A stretch of DNA of 64,000 bases, from the NCBI GenBank assembly GCA_031275085.1, contig JAISPG010000042.1, positions 8,071-72,070 on the forward strand. The letters are read 5' to 3'. The notes beneath the pieces were generated by a model, which saw nothing but the letters and a program-made list of their open reading frames with translations, did no database searches and was not told the DNA's origin. Source of the DNA: Bacteroidales bacterium. GTDB taxonomy: Bacteria; Bacteroidota; Bacteroidia; Bacteroidales; ML635J-15. Both the position numbers and the translations under genes were made by a program. Below are positions 45,764 to 54,664 of the stretch, in pieces; the stretch's first letter is position 1, and the number at the start of each line of letters is the position of its first letter.

Positions 45764-48133
45764 ATGAAACAAATATTTAGAAACTTCACATATTTAATAA
45801 AGAAGTTTAAAACTTCGAGTATTCTGAATTTTGCAGGATTAGCTGTAGCAATAATGGTATTTATTATTGCAATAATTCAGGTGCGATATACATCAAATTA
45901 TAATAAAAGTTTTGATAAATCCGGATATATACATTATGTAAGCTCTATTTATCCTGATTATGACAACCAAAGAGGTTTTGCATACTCAAAAGATGCTATA
46001 GTTCTTGCTGCGGAAAGATTTCCCGAAATAAAAAACTATTGTTTTACTCAGTATTATATTCCCGATAAAGATTTTTACAAGGCTGACAATAAAGATGAAA
46101 TTTTTACAATCAGAAGCATATACATCAATGAAAGTTTTGCAGAAATTTTTACTCCTGAAATAATCTCAGGAAGTTACACGGAAATTTTCGAATCGACTAC
46201 TCAATTATCAGGAATGTTGTCTGAGAGCATTGCAAAAAAATTGTTCGGAAAAGAAGACCCAATCGGACAGCAATTACATATGAAAGCATTGGATCAGGCT
46301 TATACCAGAGATACTGTAGAACAAGCGGTAACTATAAAAGCCGTGTGTAAGGATTATCCTGAAAATACTTTTATAGGAAGCGGTATATTTTTACCTTTGG
46401 AAGAGCTAGGAGGCGACTGGTATTCTGTATATATTGAGATTGATCCTGAGGATGCAGGAGCTTTGCAGACAAAAATGAATAATGATACTTTAATCAAAGA
46501 AGTATCCTATGGAACAGAAGTCGAAATATATCCGTACTATGAGTTGGCTGAATATTTTCCTGCATTCGGCGACCAGATAGGTAATAAAAATACAAATCTT
46601 GCCCTGCTTGCCATAGGGATATTAACACTTATAATAGCATTTATTAATTATATTAATTTTTCTGTTTCGATGGCTCCTGTGAGAGCACGTACTTTTAATA
46701 TACAGAAAATAATGGGTGCAAAAACATCTGTAATTAAAACCGTGATCATATCGGAACCTGTAATATTTTCTTCGATTTCGTTCATTTTATCACTATTAAT
46801 TATTTCTGTTTTTAAAACTTATATAAAAAATGCTTTTATAATTGCAGACCTCTCACCTGTAAATAATGTCGAAATACTTTCAATGGTATTTTTGATTATA
46901 GTATTTTTTTCTTTACTGGCAGGTATATATCCGGCATGTTATGCCACAATATCCCAACCTGCTGTAGTAGTGAACGGAAAACATTCTTTATCGCGAAAAA
47001 GTTCAGTTTTCAGAAATATATTGATCGGTATACAATTCTTTGCTGCCGTAACTTTTATCATAATCGCACTATTTATAAGGCTTCAGTATGATTATGTAAC
47101 TAATTATTCACTTGGAATGGAAAAAGAGAATATAGTTTATCTGCCTTACAGTATAAATAACGATTTGAAAACATTCGGAGATGAGCTTACAAAAAATCCG
47201 GAAATATTAGATTATACGGCTTCGTCGTTTTTACCGGGAATGGTATTCGGACAGGTTTCGGGAAGTCTGATCAATAACAAGTTTATGGAAATAACCGCAT
47301 GGCCTGTTTCGGAAAACTTTCTTGATTTTTTTGGTGTGAATATGGTTGAAGGAGAAACTTTTACAAAAACAAACCAATCCGACAAGCGTCAGATAATTGT
47401 TAACGAAAATGCTGTGAAACAATATGAACTTGAGAATATTGTAGGGATAGAAGAATTATATGAGTTTGATTTTTCAAATTATCATGGAGAACAGAAGCAA
47501 TATTTACACAGAATAAATGGTATTGCTGAGGATGTAAAGTTTCAATATCTTAAACATCCTGTAAGTCCGATGATGTTTGTATATACTCCCAACGATAATT
47601 ATTACTGGATATTTGTAAAGATTTCTGGGAATGATATTCAATCAACCATTAGTTATATAGAGAATACATGGAAAAAATTCAGTAATGAAAAATTTGAAAT
47701 TAATTTTCTCGACGAAACTCTGGATAGTCTTTATGTGATGGAAAACAGTTTGTCGAAAACAATTTCGTTATTCAGTATTATTGCTGTTCTTATAGCAATA
47801 ATGGGAGTTTATGGACTTATAATATTCAATGCAAAATATAAAGAGAAAGAAATTGCAATACGCAAAGTAAACGGGGCTTCGGTAAAAGAAATTATTTTCC
47901 TTATCAATCGTAATACTTTGGGATTGTTCGTTATTTCATTTTTAATATCAGTTCCGACAGCATATTTTATAATGAAAAGATGGCTTGAGAACTTTGCTTA
48001 TAAAATAGATATTTACTGGTGGGTATTTCTTGCAGGAGGACTTCTTGTCTTTATTATCACCCTTATAACAGTAAGTGGTCAAAGTTATAAATCGGCAACT
48101 ACGAATCCAACAAAATCATTACAAAAAGAATAA
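45764..48133 (+). CDS. MacB-type ABC transporter permease with duplicated FtsX domains (ftsX-3)
   Basis: 789 aa with the same architecture and the C-terminal signature EIAIRKVNGA...RWLENFAYKI...NPTKSLQKE. Confidence 0.85.
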   Translation: MKQIFRNFTYLIKKFKTSSILNFAGLAVAIMVFIIAIIQVRYTSNYNKSFDKSGYIHYVSSIYPDYDNQRGFAYSKDAIVLAAERFPEIKNYCFTQYYIPDKDFYKADNKDEIFTIRSIYINESFAEIFTPEIISGSYTEIFESTTQLSGMLSESIAKKLFGKEDPIGQQLHMKALDQAYTRDTVEQAVTIKAVCKDYPENTFIGSGIFLPLEELGGDWYSVYIEIDPEDAGALQTKMNNDTLIKEVSYGTEVEIYPYYELAEYFPAFGDQIGNKNTNLALLAIGILTLIIAFINYINFSVSMAPVRARTFNIQKIMGAKTSVIKTVIISEPVIFSSISFILSLLIISVFKTYIKNAFIIADLSPVNNVEILSMVFLIIVFFSLLAGIYPACYATISQPAVVVNGKHSLSRKSSVFRNILIGIQFFAAVTFIIIALFIRLQYDYVTNYSLGMEKENIVYLPYSINNDLKTFGDELTKNPEILDYTASSFLPGMVFGQVSGSLINNKFMEITAWPVSENFLDFFGVNMVEGETFTKTNQSDKRQIIVNENAVKQYELENIVGIEELYEFDFSNYHGEQKQYLHRINGIAEDVKFQYLKHPVSPMMFVYTPNDNYYWIFVKISGNDIQSTISYIENTWKKFSNEKFEINFLDETLDSLYVMENSLSKTISLFSIIAVLIAIMGVYGLIIFNAKYKEKEIAIRKVNGASVKEIIFLINRNTLGLFVISFLISVPTAYFIMKRWLENFAYKIDIYWWVFLAGGLLVFIITLITVSGQSYKSATTNPTKSLQKE

Positions 48134-48138
48134 ATATC

Positions 48139-50454
48139 ATGAGAAATTTCAGAACTTATTTTAAATTCTTGTCAAGAAATAAATTATACACTATTGTTAA
48201 CATTACCGGCTTTTCAATATCGTTAATGTTTGTTTTCCTGTTGGGTATTTATGTAATTCAGGAACTGTCGGTTGATAAATTTCATGAGAAAAAAGACAGG
48301 ATTTATTTACTTGTAAATTCTACTGATATAGCAAGTGTTTCGAATCCTGTGGGGGACTATGTACAGTCTAAACTACCCGAAATAGAAAGTTACACAAGAG
48401 TTTTGTCAAGAAATGTAAATTTTAAGTATGGTGAAACAAATACTTTCTATGAGGCTATGTTTGCCGACTCTACATTTTTCAATATTTTTTCTTTTGATTT
48501 GATTGATGGAAATCCTGATAATGTTCTGAAATCAAAACAAAATGTTGTGTTGACACAGTCTTTTGCAAATAAGATATTTCCTGACATAAATCCATTGGGA
48601 AAGACATTTCAGGTTGATGATATAGAAGTGATTGTATCAGGAATAATGAAAGATTTTCCATCCAATACTCATTTGCCGGAATGCGATTTTATTTTAAATT
48701 ATGGCTTAATTACAAACTATTGGGGCGAAGATATTCTTCAGGATTGGGGAAATAGTTCTTTTGTAACTTATCTCCTGCTAAAAGAAGGAGCAGATATTAA
48801 TTCAAAAAAAGACTTTTTATTAGAACTGTTTAAGCAAGATTATTGGGTATATGAAATGGGATATTACGACGAAGTTACATTTGTTCCTGTTGATGAAATA
48901 TATTTTAATAACTTTTCAACAGGCAATATAGGTTTTAATTCAAACAGTAAATCGTTGATATACATATATTTTGCAATAACAATACTGATACTTATGGTTG
49001 CTATTCTGAATTATATAAATTTAACGGTATCGCAATCAAGTTTCAGAGGAAAAGAAACAGCAATAAGAAAACTTTTAGGAAGTAGCCAAAAGTCTATAAT
49101 TTCTCAGTTTATATCGGAATCAATAATGATGGCACTATTGGCTTCCGTATTGGGAATTTTATTAGCATTTGCAGCAAAGCCGTTTTTTAATAATATTATG
49201 TCAACAAATCTTGATATATCACAATATGTCACTCCGCTGAATATTTTGATAGTCATCACCGGAATTGTTGTAATAGGAATTGTATCGGGATTATTTCCTG
49301 CGATTGTTGTATCCCAGTTCAAACCCATTGAGGTTGTTAAAGGAACATACAAGTTAAAAGTTAAAACATTATTTTCAAAAGTACTGATTACATTCCAGTA
49401 TTTAGTTGCAATATCATTACTTATTTGCAGTATTTTCTTAATAAAACAGACAAATTATCTGAAAGATTATAATCTTGGATATGATACGGGTAAAGTTTTT
49501 GTTATGAAAAATATTTTTGATCAGGAAAAGATTGAAGGACTTAAAAATGAATTATTCAAAATTCCCGGAGTAGAGAATGTTTCTTATTCTGCAGGAACTC
49601 CTTTTGATGGAGGCAATAACCAAAGTTTTGAATATGAAGGAGAACCTTTAAGTTTTCAGGTATTTCAGGTAGATTCTGCCTTTTTCGATGTTTATGGTAT
49701 TAAATTATTTCCTTTCGAAGATATAAATGGTAATTCTGTTTGGGTAAACCAACAGGGGCTTAATGCTCTGCATCTGGATAGTACAAATAGGTCTTTTAAG
49801 TATTGGGATCAGGATTTATATATCTCCGGCACAACTAATGATTTTAATTTCCGGTCGCTACATACACCTGTCGGACCTTCGCTTATAATTTACTATAGCG
49901 AATTAAATTATCGTCCGTGGCATATTTCTGTAAAAATCGCTTCATCAGCCAACACATTCGAAACTGCAGACAGAATAAAAGAAACATATACAGAATACAG
50001 CAATGGAGAATTATTTGATTCTTTTTTCGCAGATGAGGTAATACAAAAGCAATATGAAGGTGAAAACAAAATATCGAAAATAATTATTGCTTTTACTGTA
50101 TTGACAATAATAATACTTATGATGGGAATACTGGCAATGTCGCTGTATTATGTAAACCAGAAAGAAAAAGAAATTGCAATACGAAAAGCAAACGGAGCAA
50201 AAGAAAAGGAAATTATTTATATGCTTAATATGAATTTTATTAAATGGATTATCGTAGCGTTTGTTTTGGCAATTCCACTTTCATATTTTGCTATGCAGAA
50301 ATGGCTTGAAAGTTTTCCGTATAAAATTTCATTGACATGGTGGATATTTATTATGGCAGGTATTGTAATAATTTTGCTATCTGCTGTTTTTGTAACATTA
50401 CAAAGCTGGAAAACGGCAACTTCAAATCCTGTTAATGCTTTAAAAAATGAATAA
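48139..50454 (+). CDS. MacB-type ABC transporter permease with duplicated FtsX domains (ftsX-4)
   Basis: 771 aa. It starts 5 nt after the ftsX-3 stop and has the same architecture and C-terminal signature. Confidence 0.85.
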   Translation: MRNFRTYFKFLSRNKLYTIVNITGFSISLMFVFLLGIYVIQELSVDKFHEKKDRIYLLVNSTDIASVSNPVGDYVQSKLPEIESYTRVLSRNVNFKYGETNTFYEAMFADSTFFNIFSFDLIDGNPDNVLKSKQNVVLTQSFANKIFPDINPLGKTFQVDDIEVIVSGIMKDFPSNTHLPECDFILNYGLITNYWGEDILQDWGNSSFVTYLLLKEGADINSKKDFLLELFKQDYWVYEMGYYDEVTFVPVDEIYFNNFSTGNIGFNSNSKSLIYIYFAITILILMVAILNYINLTVSQSSFRGKETAIRKLLGSSQKSIISQFISESIMMALLASVLGILLAFAAKPFFNNIMSTNLDISQYVTPLNILIVITGIVVIGIVSGLFPAIVVSQFKPIEVVKGTYKLKVKTLFSKVLITFQYLVAISLLICSIFLIKQTNYLKDYNLGYDTGKVFVMKNIFDQEKIEGLKNELFKIPGVENVSYSAGTPFDGGNNQSFEYEGEPLSFQVFQVDSAFFDVYGIKLFPFEDINGNSVWVNQQGLNALHLDSTNRSFKYWDQDLYISGTTNDFNFRSLHTPVGPSLIIYYSELNYRPWHISVKIASSANTFETADRIKETYTEYSNGELFDSFFADEVIQKQYEGENKISKIIIAFTVLTIIILMMGILAMSLYYVNQKEKEIAIRKANGAKEKEIIYMLNMNFIKWIIVAFVLAIPLSYFAMQKWLESFPYKISLTWWIFIMAGIVIILLSAVFVTLQSWKTATSNPVNALKNE

Positions 50455-50538
50455 TATTATATAACGACTAAGACACGGAGAACACTAAGGTTTTATTTCT
50501 TAGTGCCTTTAGTACTTTAGTGGTAAAAAAAACTTACT

Positions 50539-52956
50539 ATGAATATAATTATTGCACTTCGCCGGTTGAAAAACAACAAATCATTAAGAATAGTAAATCT
50601 TTTAGGTCTTTCATTAATTTTTTCGAGTATTTTGTTATCATATAATTATGTGAAAAAAGAGTTAAGTTACGACAGGTTTAATGAAAAGGCAGACCGTATT
50701 GTAAGAATGTCTTTACAATTTGACGGTAACCCTATTGATGGACGCCAGTCTACATTTGGACTGCCTAATGATTCCTGGATAGAAGCTTTTCCCGAAATAG
50801 AAAATGTAACAAAAGTTTTTTTTATAAATACAGGAGTTTTAACATACAATGGAAAGCCTGAAATAATAAACGATTTTTTTGTAGCAGATTCTTCTTTTAC
50901 AGACATTTTTACTCTTAAGTTCATTGAAAAAAAGAGTGAAAAAGTTTTAAATTCCTCCGAAGATGTTATTATAAGCAAAAGCCTTGCTGTTCAACTTTTC
51001 GGAAATGAATCTGCAATTGATAAAGAGGTGAAAATATCCGGCAGAAAAGTAAGTGCCGATATAACCTGGTTTATAAGTGGTGTGTATGAAGACTTTCCTG
51101 AGACATCACACTTCCATCCTAAGGTTATAATGAGCAACGCTTCGGATTCATACAATGATTGGGCATATTATTATTTTCTTTTAGAACCCGGCAGTATATT
51201 AAATATTCATGAACTGGAAGAGAAAATTGGGAAAACCACATATGGCGAATTCATGGAAAGACAAAATATTGATGTAAAAGTATTTTTAACGCCATTAACC
51301 GATATTCATCTTAAAAGTCATGTACTGCGCGAAATGGAACAAAATGGGAATATATATTTTATTTATTTGATTGTTGGAGCTAATATATTGCTATTATTTG
51401 TTGTATTATTTAATTTATGGCTCAATTCATCTCTGATTTTTTCGTTCAGTAAAAAGTATTACCAGCTGCTACGCCTTAACGGAGGTTCTAAATTGAATAT
51501 AATTAAAGATGAAACGTTCCTTGCATTGTTATTGGGAATTTCTTCGGTTTTAATAAGCTTACTCATAATACATTTATATTCATCTGTGTTTAATTTTTCT
51601 TTAGAATATATATCCAATATAAAAATATCATTATTTGCAATAATATTTATTATGCTAATATTATTTGTATCATTATTGCCTGTAATTGTAAACATATCCT
51701 TAACAATTTTCAATAATATCAATCAGGATTTAAAAGCACTGCGTTTTTCATTTTCCGATATAAAATATATGCTTATTGTTCAGTATTGCATTGTCGTTTT
51801 TATGATTATCATAACCTTTGTAATAAACAGGCAAATGGAGATGATACAACAGCACCAGATGGGAGCAGGCGAATCTAATATTCTGGCACTTTACGAACAG
51901 CCAAATAAAGTGCAGGAATCTTATGAATTATTAAAATCCGAACTTGAAAAGTATTCCGAAATAGAAATGGTTACAGCATGTATGCAGTTGCCGGGCAGTT
52001 CTATAAGAGACGGAATAGAAATAAACTTTGAAAATGAAGAAGATAAAAAATCACTGAATCTGTTATATGTTACAGAAGATTTTTTACCTTTTTTCAAAAT
52101 AATGCCTGTTGCAGGAAAATCTTTTTCGTCTTTAAAATTCACCTATAAAGAAGAGAGTGAAATGATGAAGAATGTATGGATGGGAAAACCTGAATTAAAT
52201 CCCGTCATATCGGAAGAATATTTGATAAATATGAAGGCATTGCAAATATTAGGATTTGACTCTCCTGAAGAAGCTATCGGGCAAAATATAACAATAAACC
52301 ATTCGGCACTTGACTATATAAAAGGAGGAAAAATCGTAGGTGTGGTTGATGATTTTAATTATGCTACGGTTTTTGAGGAATCTGTACCTCTATTAATAAT
52401 GCAGCGGTCTGTTATAGTAAACTGTATAATGATAAGATTAAATCCTGAAAATATAGATAAAGCCTTGGCTATTTTTGATAAAGTATGGAGCGAAGTCAAT
52501 CCTGATTTTCCTGCTGATTATAGTTTCTTACAGGATACTTACAATGAAGTTTACAAAAATGAAATAAACGCAGATATTTTAGTCAGTATTTTTTCATTAT
52601 TATGTCTTGTTATAACTGGTCTGGGCTTAATAATATTTACGGCATTTGTAGTAAAAAGCCGTTCAAGGGAAATTGCAATACGAAAAGTAAACGGAGCGAC
52701 AATATTTGATATTATCAAGATGTTGAACAAAAATGTTCTAATCTGGGTTCTTGTAGCTTTTATAATATCAATACCATGTGCTTATTTTACGGCAAAAATA
52801 TGGCTTGAAAATTTTATTTATAAAATCAGTCTGGAGTGGTGGATATTTGTTTTAGCCGGTATATTTGTTTTCATACTGACAATTATAATTATTTCGATAC
52901 AAAGTCTTAAGATAGCGATGACAAATCCGGTGAATGTTTTAAAGTCCAATAATTAA
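50539..52956 (+). CDS. MacB-type ABC transporter permease with duplicated FtsX domains (ftsX-5)
   Basis: 805 aa and the most diverged copy. It has the same C-terminal signature (EIAIRKVNGA...IWLENFIYKI...NPVNVLK). Confidence 0.85.
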   Translation: MNIIIALRRLKNNKSLRIVNLLGLSLIFSSILLSYNYVKKELSYDRFNEKADRIVRMSLQFDGNPIDGRQSTFGLPNDSWIEAFPEIENVTKVFFINTGVLTYNGKPEIINDFFVADSSFTDIFTLKFIEKKSEKVLNSSEDVIISKSLAVQLFGNESAIDKEVKISGRKVSADITWFISGVYEDFPETSHFHPKVIMSNASDSYNDWAYYYFLLEPGSILNIHELEEKIGKTTYGEFMERQNIDVKVFLTPLTDIHLKSHVLREMEQNGNIYFIYLIVGANILLLFVVLFNLWLNSSLIFSFSKKYYQLLRLNGGSKLNIIKDETFLALLLGISSVLISLLIIHLYSSVFNFSLEYISNIKISLFAIIFIMLILFVSLLPVIVNISLTIFNNINQDLKALRFSFSDIKYMLIVQYCIVVFMIIITFVINRQMEMIQQHQMGAGESNILALYEQPNKVQESYELLKSELEKYSEIEMVTACMQLPGSSIRDGIEINFENEEDKKSLNLLYVTEDFLPFFKIMPVAGKSFSSLKFTYKEESEMMKNVWMGKPELNPVISEEYLINMKALQILGFDSPEEAIGQNITINHSALDYIKGGKIVGVVDDFNYATVFEESVPLLIMQRSVIVNCIMIRLNPENIDKALAIFDKVWSEVNPDFPADYSFLQDTYNEVYKNEINADILVSIFSLLCLVITGLGLIIFTAFVVKSRSREIAIRKVNGATIFDIIKMLNKNVLIWVLVAFIISIPCAYFTAKIWLENFIYKISLEWWIFVLAGIFVFILTIIIISIQSLKIAMTNPVNVLKSNN

Positions 52957-53143
52957 TAATTAAAGTTAAGGATATCATAATAAGTTGTATTGAAAAAAAA
53001 ATCTGAAAGAAGTAAAATTTATAAAAAAGGAGTAAATTGATTTTTATTCAAAGATTTCGGATTTAAAATTTCTTGATATCTTTGCTGTAAGAAGAGAAAT
53101 TGATATGTTTTCTTATATTTGGTTATACAAATTACCCAGAAAT

Positions 53144-53176
53144 AAAAAAACCGGTAAAATTTTTTACCGGTTTTTT
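53144..53176. terminator. bidirectional rho-independent terminator between ftsX-5 and the OmpA-family gene
   Basis: AAAAAAACCGGTAAAA pairs with TTTTACCGGTTTTTT, a near-perfect palindrome with A and T runs. Confidence 0.85.
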
Positions 53177-53201
53177 AAAGTTTGGTTGATTAGAGAAATT
53201 G

Positions 53202-54632
53202 CTAGTTGTTGACTATAAATTCTACTCTTCTATTTTTCTTTCTGTTGGCTTCACTAGTATTTGGAACAATAGGGTTTGTTTTTCCTTTTGTTTCTATTTT
53301 TAATCTGTCTTTAGAAATTCCTTTTGATACCATGTATTCTTTTACAGCTTCGGCTCTTAATTCGCCTTCACGCATATTGATCGCATCTGTATCAATATCG
53401 CAGCAATTTCCTACAATTGTAATGGTCATATTCGGATATTGCTTCATAAGTTCCACTTTTTTGTCAATATATGTTCTTCTTGAGTCATCTAAATATTCAC
53501 TACCTAAATCATATCCGTCTATAGTTTTTTCTACTTCACTAACAGCAGCCTGATATGCAGCTTCTTTTGCCACCGCCGCTTTTTTAGCTTCTTCAGCTTT
53601 TCTTGTTTCTTCAGCTCTCCTGGCTTCTTCGGCTCTTCTGGCATCTTCAGCTTTTTTTGCGTCGGCGCTACTGTTATCTTTCGGCGCTGCTGCTACCTTA
53701 TTAGGTTTTGGTGTAAATGTAACTGCATTTGACATATTTGATTTATTTCCAAAACCACCCATTCCAAAGGATAATCGAACTTTTAGTCCTACAGCCATAG
53801 GACGTATTTTTTCAGCCAGGGTTTTTGATGTTTCAGAAGTATTGTTTAATGAATTATATGATGAGTGTCTTGATGAAAGAACACTGTTAGTAGAAAAATC
53901 TCTTGAAAGCATATCATTTCTTACAATAAAATTTTCATCGTTATCTTTTGCTAAATTGTTTACGCCATAATCAAAATAAACACCGGTATATAAATATAGT
54001 TTTTCACTCAGCATCCATTTTGCACCAGCTTCTACAGATACAATACATGCAAGTTTAAGATCTACGTCGCCTTTGGATTTTGTTGAACTTAATTCTCCGA
54101 ATCCTAAAAATTCCTGAGTTGTATATTCAACATTTTCATATGCATAATATCCGGAACTTAGTATATCAGCATTACCGGTTGTTTCATATTTTACGCTTAC
54201 TGGTATGCCAAGTTTTGCTCCGGCAGCTGCATAAAATTTGTGTTTAGCACCGGTTTGATACTGAAGCATAAGAGGAATGTTAACAAATATGGCGTTTTGT
54301 TTTTCTTCAAAATTGTTTAATTTATATCTTGATTCGAAGCTTTCGCCAAATCTGTCAATAGCATTATAACTGAATAAAACATCATTAAGTTTTATTTTAC
54401 TGTTATAAAATGCGGCTTCTGCTCCAATTCCCAATCCAAAACTTTCAGTGAAAAAATATGTATATCCTAATCCTGCTTCACCTCCAAAACCAAGTTTTGC
54501 ATCACCGTGAGAAAGTTTATAATTAAGTGTTGATAATCCGCCGCCACCATAAATAGAGAATTCATCTCTGGACTGTCCCATTGCTGTAACAGATGCAAGG
54601 ACAGCTATCATTAAAAATATTTGCTTTTTCAT
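53202..54632 (-). CDS. OmpA-family outer membrane protein (N-terminal beta-barrel, charged repeat linker, C-terminal OmpA domain)
   Basis: 476 aa with a signal peptide and a beta-barrel with aromatic/Gly-rich strands. It has 4 x (A-E-[DE]-[AT]-[RK]-[RK]) repeats encoded at 53580-53651 and an OmpA C-terminal domain (NRRVEF). Confidence 0.85.
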   Translation of the reverse strand: MKKQIFLMIAVLASVTAMGQSRDEFSIYGGGGLSTLNYKLSHGDAKLGFGGEAGLGYTYFFTESFGLGIGAEAAFYNSKIKLNDVLFSYNAIDRFGESFESRYKLNNFEEKQNAIFVNIPLMLQYQTGAKHKFYAAAGAKLGIPVSVKYETTGNADILSSGYYAYENVEYTTQEFLGFGELSSTKSKGDVDLKLACIVSVEAGAKWMLSEKLYLYTGVYFDYGVNNLAKDNDENFIVRNDMLSRDFSTNSVLSSRHSSYNSLNNTSETSKTLAEKIRPMAVGLKVRLSFGMGGFGNKSNMSNAVTFTPKPNKVAAAPKDNSSADAKKAEDARRAEEARRAEETRKAEEAKKAAVAKEAAYQAAVSEVEKTIDGYDLGSEYLDDSRRTYIDKKVELMKQYPNMTITIVGNCCDIDTDAINMREGELRAEAVKEYMVSKGISKDRLKIETKGKTNPIVPNTSEANRKKNRRVEFIVNN

Positions 54633-54664
54633 AATTTTTTATATTAAGATTATTCTTTTTAAAT

